A stretch of 64,000 bases of DNA from an uncultured Chloroflexia bacterium. GTDB taxonomy: Bacteria; Chloroflexota; Anaerolineae; CG2-30-64-16. The notes beneath the pieces are model-generated. The model was not told the DNA's origin. It did not search any database and saw only the letters and a program-made list of their open reading frames with translations. Both the position numbers and the translations under genes were made by a program. The stretch spans positions 640,001 through 704,000 of the forward strand of contig CAWEMM010000012.1 of NCBI GenBank assembly GCA_963810095.1. The letters are read 5' to 3'. This document shows positions 1 through 12,422 of the stretch, piece by piece; position 1 is the stretch's first letter; each line of letters starts with the position of its first letter.

Positions 1-684
1 CACGCCGAATCGCGCACCATGGCGGCCGTCCTCCTCATGGCGTCGCTGTTCGACCGCCCGGTCCACATCGCCCACGTCTCGCTGCGCGAGGAAATCCTCC
101 TCATCCGCCGGGCGAAGGAAGCGGGCATCAAGGTCACCTGCGAGGTGGGTCCGCACCACCTGTTCCTCTCGCAGGACGACATCGGCGGGCTGACCTTCGG
201 GCGCTCGGAGGTGCGGCCGAGACTGGCGACGCGCGCCGATCAGCAGGCGCTGTGGGATAACCTCGATGTGATCGACTGCTTCGCGACGGACCACGCGCCC
301 CATACGGCAGCCGAGAAGGACGGCGACAACCCGCCGCCCGGCTTCCCAGGGCTGGAAACCGCGCTGCCCCTGCTCCTGACCGCCGTGCGCGCGGGCCGGC
401 TGACGCTCGAGGACCTGGTGCGCCGCATGCACGACAACCCACGGCGCATCTTTGCCCTGCCCCCACAACAAGACACCTGGATCGAGGTCGACGAGCACGA
501 CACCTACGAAATCCGGGCGAACGAGATGCACACCCGGTGCGGCTGGACGCCCTTCGAGGGCCGGCGAGTGACCGGGCGGGTGCGCCGGGTGGTGCTGCGC
601 GGTCAAGACGCATTTGTGGACGGGGTGGTGCTGGCCCCACCCGGCTCTGGCCGGGACTTGCGGAGCGAAGGAGCCGCACGATGA
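1..684 (+). CDS. pyrC: Dihydroorotase, CAD-type (5' truncated by window edge)
   Basis: Motifs [44 protein letters not shown]; frame is open from base 1; first gene of the pyr operon. Confidence 0.93.
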   Translation, partial: HAESRTMAAVLLMASLFDRPVHIAHVSLREEILLIRRAKEAGIKVTCEVGPHHLFLSQDDIGGLTFGRSEVRPRLATRADQQALWDNLDVIDCFATDHAPHTAAEKDGDNPPPGFPGLETALPLLLTAVRAGRLTLEDLVRRMHDNPRRIFALPPQQDTWIEVDEHDTYEIRANEMHTRCGWTPFEGRRVTGRVRRVVLRGQDAFVDGVVLAPPGSGRDLRSEGAAR

Positions 685-2150
685 CGAGTTTCGCCCAAAC
701 CCTCGACTCGCTGGCGCGCGAGCGCGATTCCCTGCTGTGTGTCGGGCTTGACCCGCACGCGTCCGACCTGCCGGCAGCGACGGCTGCCGCGGCCCGCGAC
801 TTCTGCCTGCGCTTGATCGAGCAAACCCACGACCTCGCCATCGCGTACAAGCCCAACGCTGCCTTCTTTGAGTTGTACGGCCCGGAAGGCTGGGTCGCGC
901 TCAAGGAGGTCATCGACGCCGTCCCGGCCGGCATCCCGGTCGTGCTGGATGCGAAGCGGGGCGACATCGCCTCCACGGCCGACGCGTACGCCGCTTCTGC
1001 GTTCGAACAACTCGGCGCGACGGCCATCACGCTCAACCCCTATCTCGGCCATGACAGTCTTGCGCCGTTCCTGGCCGACCCCGCCCGCGGCGCGTTCCTG
1101 CTCTGCAAGACCTCCAACCCCGGCTCGGGCGACCTGCAAGACCTGCGGCTGGCGGACGACGGATCGCTCCTTTACGAGCGGGTGGCGCAGTTGGCCCGAA
1201 CGTGGAACAAGGGCGACAACGTCGGCCTGGTCGTGGGCGCCACGCACCCGGAAGCGCTGGCCCGCGTCCGAAACCTGGCACCCGATCTCTGGTTCCTGGC
1301 GCCCGGCGTCGGTGCGCAGGGCGGCGACCTGGACGCGGCCCTGCGCGCCGGCCTGCGCGCCGACGGCCTGGGGATGCTCATCCCGGTGAGCCGCCTGATC
1401 TCACGGGCGGCAAAGCCCCGGCAGGCTGCGCAGCAGTTCGTCGACGAGGTGCGCGGCCGCCGTGCTCACAGGGCCGCCGAGCGGAGCACTCCTGCCGCTC
1501 AACTTGACAAGCATCCCGCCACTTTGCCGGCTGCGCTGGCGGCCGGTGAGGAGGCGACCCGACCTGACGCCCTTGCCGATGGCCTGCTCGCGGCCGGCTG
1601 CGTGAAGTTCGGCAGCTTTACGCTCAAGTCGGGGCTGGTCTCGCCCATCTACCTCGATCTGCGCCAGTTGGTGTCGCACCCCGCGCTCCTGGCCCAGGTC
1701 GCACAGGCCTACGTGCGGGTCCTCGGGGCCCTGCAGTTCGACCGCCTGGCCGCCTTGCCCTACGCGGCGCTGCCCATCGGCACGGCCGTCAGCCTGGCCG
1801 GCGGCTGGCCCATGATCTACCCGCGCCGCGAGGCCAAGGCATACGGCACGGGCGTGGAGATCGAAGGCGCGTATGAGGCCGGCGAACGAGCCGTGATCCT
1901 CGACGACCTTACGACGACGGGCGGCAGCAAGTTCGAAGCAATCGAGAAGCTGACCGCAGCCGGCCTTCGGGTGCAGGACGTGGTGGTGCTGATCGACCGC
2001 CAGTCTGGCGCAGCCGAGGCGCTGGCCGAGAAAGGCTACCACCTGCACTCGGTGCTCAACCTTAACGATCTGCTCAACTATTGGGAACGCACCTCCGCCG
2101 TGCCGGCCGACCGCATTACGGCGACGCGTGACTTTTTGAGGGGAGGCTGA
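681..2150 (+). CDS. pyrF-pyrE: Bifunctional OMP decarboxylase / orotate phosphoribosyltransferase (ODC-OPRT order)
   Basis: N-terminal [31 protein letters not shown]; C-terminal [19 protein letters not shown] and PRT motif [12 protein letters not shown]; ATGA overlap with pyrC stop. Confidence 0.95.
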   Translation: MTSFAQTLDSLARERDSLLCVGLDPHASDLPAATAAAARDFCLRLIEQTHDLAIAYKPNAAFFELYGPEGWVALKEVIDAVPAGIPVVLDAKRGDIASTADAYAASAFEQLGATAITLNPYLGHDSLAPFLADPARGAFLLCKTSNPGSGDLQDLRLADDGSLLYERVAQLARTWNKGDNVGLVVGATHPEALARVRNLAPDLWFLAPGVGAQGGDLDAALRAGLRADGLGMLIPVSRLISRAAKPRQAAQQFVDEVRGRRAHRAAERSTPAAQLDKHPATLPAALAAGEEATRPDALADGLLAAGCVKFGSFTLKSGLVSPIYLDLRQLVSHPALLAQVAQAYVRVLGALQFDRLAALPYAALPIGTAVSLAGGWPMIYPRREAKAYGTGVEIEGAYEAGERAVILDDLTTTGGSKFEAIEKLTAAGLRVQDVVVLIDRQSGAAEALAEKGYHLHSVLNLNDLLNYWERTSAVPADRITATRDFLRGG

Positions 2151-2151
2151 A

Positions 2152-3243
2152 ATGTATCAGCAAATCCGGCCGCTTTTGTTCCGTCTCGAACCGGAACGGG
2201 CCCATCACCTGACTGTCTCTTTGCTGCGCGCATCCGGCGCACTGCCGCCCGTGGCCGCGCTGCTGCGCACGCAATTCCAGCCGGCCCATTCGCCGGCGGG
2301 CGTACGGGCGTTTGGCCTGACATTTGCGAACCCGCTCGGGCTGGCCGCCGGTTATGACAAGGACGGGCTCGCCTGGCGCGGCCTGGCTGCGCTCGGCTTT
2401 GGCCACATCGAGGTCGGCACCGTCACGGTACGCCCGCAGGGGGGCAACCCCGGCCCCCGCGTCTTCCGCATCCCTGAATCGGAGGCCGTCATCAACCGAA
2501 TGGGCTTCCCCAATCGGGGCGCGGAGTTCGTCGCGCGGCGGCTGCAGGGCCCCCGACCGAAGGGCCTCGTGCTCGGCGTCAACATCGGCAAGAACAAGAA
2601 TACGCCCCTTGAAGAGGCGGCCCAGGATTATACATCCCTCATTCATACGTTCGCGCCGCTGGCCGATTACCTGGCCGTCAACATCAGCTCGCCGAACACG
2701 CCGGGGCTGCGCGCACTCCAGTCGGGCCCGGCGCTCGAGGCGCTGCTGGCCGAGATCCGCACCGCCCGCCTGGATGCCTCGCGTAAGCTGGGGCGCAACG
2801 TGCCCATCCTGCTCAAGCTGGCGCCCGACCTGACGCCTGACCAGTTGGTCGAAGCCGTCGGCGCGATCCGGCAAAGCGGCATGGACGGCATCATCCTGTC
2901 CAACACGACCCTGCGGCGCGACGGGCTCCGTTCGCCCCTGGCCGAGGAGTCGGGCGGCTTGAGCGGCAAACCCCTGCGTCGGCAGGCCACGGAAATGCTC
3001 GAGCGGGTGGTCGACCTGACGGGCGGCCGCTTCCCGATCATTGCGGCGGGCGGCGTGATGTCGGGCGAGGATGCGCTGGAGAAGCTGCACGCCGGCGCAA
3101 CCCTGGTCCAAGTCTACACCGGGCTGATCTACCGGGGGCCGGGGCTGGTCCGCTCCATTCTCGAACACCCGGCATTTCGCGGGGCGGGCTTGCCCGAGCC
3201 GCTTGGCAATCCGCAGGGGCTTCCCCAGGAGTGGCAGGCGTAG
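2152..3243 (+). CDS. pyrD: Quinone-dependent dihydroorotate dehydrogenase (class 2)
   Basis: NPLGLAAGYDK, GNPGPRVFR, INRMGFPN, NISSPNTPGLR, GGLSGKPL, QVYTGLIYRGP. Confidence 0.96.
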   Translation: MYQQIRPLLFRLEPERAHHLTVSLLRASGALPPVAALLRTQFQPAHSPAGVRAFGLTFANPLGLAAGYDKDGLAWRGLAALGFGHIEVGTVTVRPQGGNPGPRVFRIPESEAVINRMGFPNRGAEFVARRLQGPRPKGLVLGVNIGKNKNTPLEEAAQDYTSLIHTFAPLADYLAVNISSPNTPGLRALQSGPALEALLAEIRTARLDASRKLGRNVPILLKLAPDLTPDQLVEAVGAIRQSGMDGIILSNTTLRRDGLRSPLAEESGGLSGKPLRRQATEMLERVVDLTGGRFPIIAAGGVMSGEDALEKLHAGATLVQVYTGLIYRGPGLVRSILEHPAFRGAGLPEPLGNPQGLPQEWQA

Positions 3244-3276
3244 CCTCACGGCCGGAGCGCGCCTTTGCTTCCATTC

Positions 3277-3660
3277 GCAGGGGACGAGCCCGCTCCCTGC
3301 ACCTTATTGTCATTGCTTCTATTTGCAGGGGGCGAGCCCGGCCCCCTGCACCCCGGCCGGAGGGCTTCGCCCCCTCGACCCCTAAAGGTTAAGGGGGCGC
3401 GGGGTTTCCGCCGCAGAACGCAGTCTGTCCGAAACGTCCGGCGTGTCAGCAAAAGAACCCCACGAATGTTAGTTTGCGGAGATATGTTTATGGAGGCCCA
3501 CCTACGCCCAGAGACTAGGTGGATTTAGCGTCAGACGCCGAGGGGCGTAGCCTTTGGGGGTTTCGGGGGCAAGGCCCCCGAGGGGGCAAAAGAAGACGGG
3601 GGCGTCGGGGGCGAGCCCGCCCCCGACAGAACAGAGCCGACGCCGGGGGCTGGTGAAAGC
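3277..3660. repeat. Dispersed structured repeat, copy 1 (inverted copy at about 37888-38345)
   Basis: 3495-3520 and 3527-3578 are exact reverse complements of 38041-38066 and 37981-38032; flanks align with divergence; several GC hairpins. Confidence 0.85.
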
Positions 3661-3743
3661 CCGGGTTTCTGTCACGCGGGCCTCCCGCCGGCGCCCGAGG
3701 GTAGGAGACCGGCGGCGCCCGCTCCGCCGGCCCCCTACCTACA

Positions 3744-5727
3744 TCAGGGCAGGATCGTGATCGACCCCACCACGCCTTCGAGTTCGGCCAGGTTCGGGAC
3801 AAAAGAGGTTACGTCCTGGGACGCCAGGTCGGCCGTGGCCTTGGCGATGTAAGTATCCCAGTGCGTGCCGATTTCCTCCGCCTGCTCCGCCGGCAGGTCC
3901 AGGTAGCTCGCGGGCAGCGACGGATGCGAGACCGGGAAGATCGCGGACACGTAATACTTGCCGTCCGCAGTCAGGCCCTGGAAGGTGTAGAACATGTCCC
4001 GATTGTTAAGGGCGACCGGCGCCTGCGCGTACTGCGTGACGTAGGCGATGCCGGAGCCGCCGGCAAACGCCACGTAGCGCAACCCGAAGTGCATCTGCTG
4101 CATCGCGTTCTGGGGCGGCAGGAAGGGCAGTTGCCCGCTGACCTGCTCGGGACGCTCCGCCAGCAGCTTGCCCAGTGCGGCCACTTCAGCCTCCGCAGCC
4201 GGCGACAGGGCGGTGAACTCGGCCACGGGGTAGACCCGCACCGCGGGTGTCTGCAGTGTCGGGGTCAGGACGTAGCCGGTCAGGACGATCTCCCGGTATT
4301 CGGGTGCGATGCCCCAGGCCGGGCCGTCGCCGGTCACGGCAGGCACGGTACTGCCCTCCGAACCCTGCGCCAGCGTGGGGGGGTAGGAGAAGCTCACGCC
4401 CGCATACTCCGCCTGGACGGCCGCATTTGCCTCGGCCGGCGCCGCAGCGGGCAGGAAGCCAAACGACTGCGTCACGGCGTCGATGAGGTCGTCGCCTGCA
4501 CCGGGCGCCGTGGCCCCGCGCTGCGTTCCGGCCAGGGGCGTAAAGCGGAAGTGGAATAGCAAGTCGTCGCGCAGCATCAGGATTTCGGTCGAGGCGGGGC
4601 GCCCGGGCGCCGTGTCCAGCCTGACTGCCGGCAGACCGGCCACGGTCAGATTGGCTTGCTCTGCCGGCGCTGCGAGTTCCGGATGGGTCGCCAGATAACT
4701 GGTCACCACCTTCTGCAGGTCGCCGCCATTCACCGGCTCCACATTCAGGCTCATCTCGGCGCTCACCGGCTCCGCGCTGGCATCCTGCGCGGTGCCCTGA
4801 AGTGCGGCGCCGCCCGCCAGGTGCGAGAATGCCAATTGTGGCGGGAACCCGAAGCAGTAACCGTTGACCCGGTCGACGTACAGCGGGTGATCGACGGACA
4901 GGCAGCCGGCGGGCAGGTCGACACGCGCTGCGGCGGCGATCTCCACACCCTGGGGCGGGAGGCCCGCGAAGGAGGCCGAAACGACCTCGTACAGCCGGTC
5001 CATCGCAGCCTGCGCCTGCTTGCTTTCGGCATTCAGGTCCGCAGCCGGCATATCTGCGAAGGACGGCCAGAAGCGTCAGGATAAAGTACTTCTCGGGCGA
5101 GCGGTCGACGATGACGGTGCGCGAGCTCAGCCGGCCTGGAAACGGCTCCAGCACCTCGGCGCCGCCCCCACCGAATAGCGCCTGCTTGCGCTCGATCTTC
5201 GGGAAGCCCTCGGGCACGTTCGCCTTGATGTACTCGTCGACGAAAGGCGCGAGGTCTACCCCCTGGTACGGCACGGAGTCGATGGTCAGGAGCGCGGCGA
5301 GCGGCTCGGGACCGTTACCGGCGGCCGGCCCGCGCACCTCAGTGTTGCCGTTGCCGTCCTTCCCAACGGTAAAGCCCTCGGGGTAGGCGAAGCATAGGCC
5401 ACGGGCCCGGTCGACAAAGGTCGGCAGCCCATCTACAAAGCACCCGGCCGGGAGCGCGACGGCAGCGGGATTCTCTGCGGCGGCCGGCGTACCGGCGGCG
5501 AGGGCAGTCGCTTCGGCCGTGGGAGCGGTCGGCGCGACCGTGGCCTGCGGCACGGCGGTGGCGGCCGGCGCAGTCGCGGTTGCCGCGACCACGGCCGGAG
5601 CAGGTTCGGAGGTTGCTGCGACGGCCGTCGCGACAACCGGGGCGGTCGCAGGGACCGGCATACAGCCGGCCAGGACCACACAGAGGACGAGCACGAGGCT
5701 GACGGCCTTGAGGCTTCTGAAGATCAT
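3744..5727 (-). CDS. Hypothetical lipoprotein with Ala/Pro/Thr linker and repeated domains (frameshift near 5075)
   Basis: Lipobox VLAGC in ORF 4186..5727 continues into ORF 3744..5051; RBS upstream. Confidence 0.7.
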
Positions 5728-5863
5728 TCTTTGGTCCCCCTTCTGATACCCTGGTCACCGGGGCTGTCGGGGCCCCAAACAATCCGGGTCTGTAACCAGA
5801 ATACGGAGAACCGGTGCGCCGGGTAGCAGGCGCGACACTGCACTGTGCAGAGCCGCCTGGTTG

Positions 5864-6136
5864 CTACTTGCCGGCCGGCGCCTTCTTCCAGGTCGCGTTG
5901 GAGAGGCCATCGGGGCTGATCCTGCGAATGCCCAGTTCTACGCAGTGCAGCGACAGGTACGCGTCCACGGCGGGGTAGTAGCCCGGCACGCGCTCGCCTC
6001 CCCACAGGCCGTGCGCCAGGAGCATCGTGGCCTGGTTGGCCAGGTCCTTGGTATGAAAGGTCGGTGTTCCGATCTCGGCCACTGCTGCCTTCACTGCACG
6101 TGCGTCGACGTCTTCTGCTCTCATCACGTCACTCAT
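5864..6136 (-). CDS. Small hypothetical protein
   Basis: Protein-like composition; AAGGGA upstream of ATG; co-oriented with neighbours. Confidence 0.5.
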   Translation of the reverse strand: MSDVMRAEDVDARAVKAAVAEIGTPTFHTKDLANQATMLLAHGLWGGERVPGYYPAVDAYLSLHCVELGIRRISPDGLSNATWKKAPAGK

Positions 6137-6659
6137 TTCGATTCCCTTCGAAACCATCGCTCGCGGCCGTCTTCAGGCGGGTCCATGTCAAACACCGCCC
6201 GCCGCCGTTGCTAATCAGAAGCCGGGTATTCGGCCCCCCGCTCAGGCGTCGGGCCGGCCGAGCGAGAAGTTGCAGCTCGTCCAGGATCAGCGGATAGTGC
6301 TTCTGCAGGACGTGGAACAGGCCCTCCAGGCGCCTCGCCGTCAGGAGCGAGCCGTCTACCTGCATCTTCTTCCCGAAGAAGGCGTCTCGCACGCGCATGT
6401 CCTTCAGCAGCACCTGGTGCAGCACGTCCATACGGGTGTGAATGGCCAGGTTGACATGGCTCTCGGTACGGCCGTGCGACCAGGTCGGCGGCCGGTTTTT
6501 GCCGTTGACCGTGACCATCATGGCCGGCTCGGTGACGTCAAACAGAAAGACCATCTTTTTGCTCGACAGCTCCGCCAGCCCCTCGGGGTCCGCAATCACG
6601 CGGTCGAACAACTCGGTAAGCACCCTCTCCAGGGTTCCCGCGTCTTGGTACACAGGCAT
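6129..6659 (-). CDS. SCP2 sterol/lipid-binding domain protein
   Basis: MPVYQD start with AAAGGA RBS; DAFFGKKMQVDG SCP2-type motif; 3' end uncertain. Confidence 0.7.
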   Translation of the reverse strand: MPVYQDAGTLERVLTELFDRVIADPEGLAELSSKKMVFLFDVTEPAMMVTVNGKNRPPTWSHGRTESHVNLAIHTRMDVLHQVLLKDMRVRDAFFGKKMQVDGSLLTARRLEGLFHVLQKHYPLILDELQLLARPARRLSGGPNTRLLISNGGGRCLTWTRLKTAASDGFEGNRNE

Positions 6660-6825
6660 TGCCAGGGTCCTTTCTCGTGGTCCGCAGCTCGGAAGCGTGA
6701 GCGCAGTGGGTCGCACGGTCCCCTGCGTAGTCTGTTTCGGCTCCGCCCTCTCGAACGCCGCCGCCCGGGAGGGTGCGGGGGCCCAACGAAGAGGTTGAGC
6801 GGGATAGAGAGTCCGGGCCGGGCGG

Positions 6826-7554
6826 TCAGCGCAGCCGGGTCGCATAGCGGGCGACCACGATCATCCAGACGCTGTAGACGACCACCAGCACCCGGTTGGG
6901 CCACCCCAGAAGCACCTGGGGCCCCACCCGGCCCGCACCCGGGTGAATCAGCCCGGAGATGATGATCGAGCCAAAGAAGGCGAGGAGGCTCAGCCAGCAC
7001 AGCACCGTGCCCCACACCAGCCAGCCCCGTGCGCGCACCCATTTCGGGTTTTGGCTCAGGCTGCGCGCCACGAGCGTGGCCGCAACCGGGAACGTGATGA
7101 TGACGATCGCCCCGCACAGGGTATGAATCGTGTTATCGAGGCTGGGCGTGTTGTCCGTGATCGCATTGGTCTTGAAGACCCCCGCCGCCATCATCGCGAC
7201 CCCGATCACCACCAGCCACCACCGGCCGATCTTGCCGCCCGTCGTGCCGAGCGAATGCGAGAGTACCATTTGCAGGTCGAGCACGCCCAGGCCCCAACAG
7301 AGAAAAGCGATGGTCATCAGCCAGCCGTACTGGCCGATCTCGTATTCGCTGATCATGCGCCACGAGGGGGCAAACTCGGGCTCGAGGAAGTGGAGCAGGA
7401 CGAGGATTGCGAGAAACGCACCGACGAGCACGACCGAAGACGAGCCCACAAGCCGGGGCTCTCCGGCCAGCGCCCGCTGGGAAAGGGATGATGTTGGGTG
7501 CTGCGCCGCGCGCGCTTTTGTTCCCGCACTGCGGGAGGCCGCTTTCTTAGCCAT
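6826..7554 (-). CDS. DUF998-like membrane protein
   Basis: About five hydrophobic helices; ISEY..GQYGWLM and IHTLCG motifs. Confidence 0.7.
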   Translation of the reverse strand: MAKKAASRSAGTKARAAQHPTSSLSQRALAGEPRLVGSSSVVLVGAFLAILVLLHFLEPEFAPSWRMISEYEIGQYGWLMTIAFLCWGLGVLDLQMVLSHSLGTTGGKIGRWWLVVIGVAMMAAGVFKTNAITDNTPSLDNTIHTLCGAIVIITFPVAATLVARSLSQNPKWVRARGWLVWGTVLCWLSLLAFFGSIIISGLIHPGAGRVGPQVLLGWPNRVLVVVYSVWMIVVARYATRLR

Positions 7555-7885
7555 TGTCGGGAGTGCCTTTCCGGTGAAAGGATGGCAGTGAGGGCGCCGG
7601 GTGGGCCGGTTTCGGTGTCATGTCGCAGGCCACCCGCCTCGCCCTCTATCATATCACAGGAAGCGTCCAGAGGACCGCTGGCGGGTGCGGTCTGCAAGGG
7701 GGCGGTGGGGTTGGGATCGACGGGCAGCGGGCCCCCGTCATGATTCGGTGACTGGACGCCCGACTACATGAGCAGGCCGCTTTGTGCGTTACATTGCACT
7801 CGCCTGACTGGCACAAACAAACCGATCCCCTACGGGTCCGCCGATGCACCTCTTGGGGCGATCTCACCTGCACCCAGAGGTAACG

Positions 7886-8041
7886 ATGTTGACCATAGTT
7901 TTGGCCCTGTTGATCCTGAGCTTGCCGTTCGTCCTGGCGCGCGTCACGTCCGCCAACTCACGCAACGCAGACCGCCGAGGTCTCTCGCCGGTCCGCGTCC
8001 GTGTGGATCAGCCGCAGATCGAGCGGCGGCGGTCGCGCTAA
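7886..8041 (+). CDS. Small (51 aa) single-TM protein with basic tail
   Basis: GAGGT SD 5' of ATG; MLTIVLALLILSLPFVLA followed by an Arg-rich tail. Confidence 0.55.
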   Translation: MLTIVLALLILSLPFVLARVTSANSRNADRRGLSPVRVRVDQPQIERRRSR

Positions 8042-8042
8042 C

Positions 8043-8942
8043 TCAAGGCGCCGGCGCAGCGGCGGGTACGATGTAAGTCACGGCGCAGGGCAACAGCTTG
8101 GCACTGACCGGTGCTGCCGGCAGCACCTCGCCGTCGACCTGCACCGGCTGGGGGGGCGTCGCCTCCACCCTGATCTCGCGCCCCGTATAGGTGTCGTACG
8201 GCGCGGCCTGCTCGTCTTGCCGCACAACCGATGCCGCCAGGGAGACCAGCGCGGGTAAGCTCTTGCTCTTGAAGACCAGCAGGTCCAACTGGTTGTCGGC
8301 CATGCTGACGCTTGGCGCAATGGTGACCCCTGGGATACCGAACTGCCCCGCGTTCAGGATCACTGCGCTGATACCCTCGGTCTCGAACGTCTCGCCGTCA
8401 ATCGTCACCCGGTAGACCACCGTCTCGGCGTTCCGCAGGGCCTGGATCGACGAAACGAAGTACGCCAGAACGCCCAGGCGGTCCTTCGCCTCCCGGTCGG
8501 CCGTGTCGGCAATCTCGCCCGGCACCCCAACCCCCACGCCGATCAGGAAGGCCTGTTCGTCCACCATCCCCACATCGACCTGCCGCAGCTCACAATCGTC
8601 ACACGTCAGCAGGGCGGCCGCAGCCGCCAGGTCCGTCGGGATGCCGAGCGCAAGGGCCAAGGCATTGGCCGTGCCGCCGGGCAACACGAGAATGGGCACG
8701 TTCGTTCCCAGCAGCCCCGTCGTCACTTCCCGCACGGTGCCGTCGCCGCCGTAAACCGCCACGACGTCTACTCCGGCCGCCGCAGCCTCCTTCGCCAGCC
8801 GGACGCCGTCGCCGGCCTCCTTCGTTACGAACATCTCCCAGTCGATGCCGTTGTCCTTGAAGACCGTGTTCAGCGTCTTGAGGATGGGTTTATCCTGGCC
8901 CGACGCAGGGTTGACGATCACGTGGACGCGCTTCACATTCAT
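8043..8942 (-). CDS. Diacylglycerol kinase family lipid kinase (YegS/BmrU-like)
   Basis: IVNPASG, GGDGTV, LPGGTANALA, QVDGE motifs. Confidence 0.9.
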   Translation of the reverse strand: MNVKRVHVIVNPASGQDKPILKTLNTVFKDNGIDWEMFVTKEAGDGVRLAKEAAAAGVDVVAVYGGDGTVREVTTGLLGTNVPILVLPGGTANALALALGIPTDLAAAAALLTCDDCELRQVDVGMVDEQAFLIGVGVGVPGEIADTADREAKDRLGVLAYFVSSIQALRNAETVVYRVTIDGETFETEGISAVILNAGQFGIPGVTIAPSVSMADNQLDLLVFKSKSLPALVSLAASVVRQDEQAAPYDTYTGREIRVEATPPQPVQVDGEVLPAAPVSAKLLPCAVTYIVPAAAPAP

Positions 8943-9032
8943 GGTTCACTCCTACCTCAGCTCGATCGATACACTCAATGCACTCTACACCGGCAAGCAC
9001 CCTGCTCGCAGTGAGCGATGTGACGTTCTTTC

Positions 9033-9122
9033 GCCACGAATTACACGAATTTGACGCATGCAGCAAGGGCCCGAGGTCTCAGGCTGGTTCGTGCAATTCG
9101 TACGACTCGTGTAGTTCGTGGC
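9033..9122. repeat. Imperfect palindrome with 9-nt periodic arms (REP-like)
   Basis: gccacgaattacacgaatt ... aattcgtacgactcgtgtagttcgtggc, just downstream of the tpl stop. Confidence 0.7.
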
Positions 9123-9131
9123 GGAACCGTC

Positions 9132-11990
<2,859 letters not shown>

Positions 11991-12009
11991 CGTTGCCCCC
12001 CAAATGCGC

Positions 12010-12038
12010 TTGACATTCGCGGCCGTCTCTCGTAGAAT
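12010..12038 (+). promoter_or_regulatory. Sigma70-type promoter upstream of the M6 protease gene
   Basis: TTGACA-17 nt-TAGAAT. Confidence 0.75.
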
Positions 12039-12422
12039 GAAGTGTGAGAACGGTCACTAATCGGCAAGGCCCCAGCCTGTCCTGTTCCTCCGTTACGCAG
12101 TTCATGAGGCGCCGGCCCCAGGTTTTCCGCTCCGTGGGCGCACCGTTTGGCTTCGACCCGCTTCTCCACGTCGACGTGTTGCAAGCCCGGGTTATGTCTG
12201 ATTCCGCCGCCGTCCTCCGGTGAGGCACTCTCGGTCCGTCCGGCTGGAAAAGACATTCTCCGGCTCTGGCACTTGGGCGCTCCATGGCGCGACGCCCGGA
12301 AAGGAGTCGCTGCGAGCTGTGCTCGCCCTGTGAGGTGTCTCATCCATCCTCGGGCATCTCAGCAGACGCCGCCTGGGTAATCCCTTCCCCCTCATTGCCC
12401 CAACGCAAGGGAGCGACAGGTA

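Noticed and set aside
12040-12422. A known riboswitch in the protease leader
   Set aside because: I could not recognise the consensus of c-di-GMP, c-di-AMP, SAM, TPP, cobalamin or T-box elements by eye.
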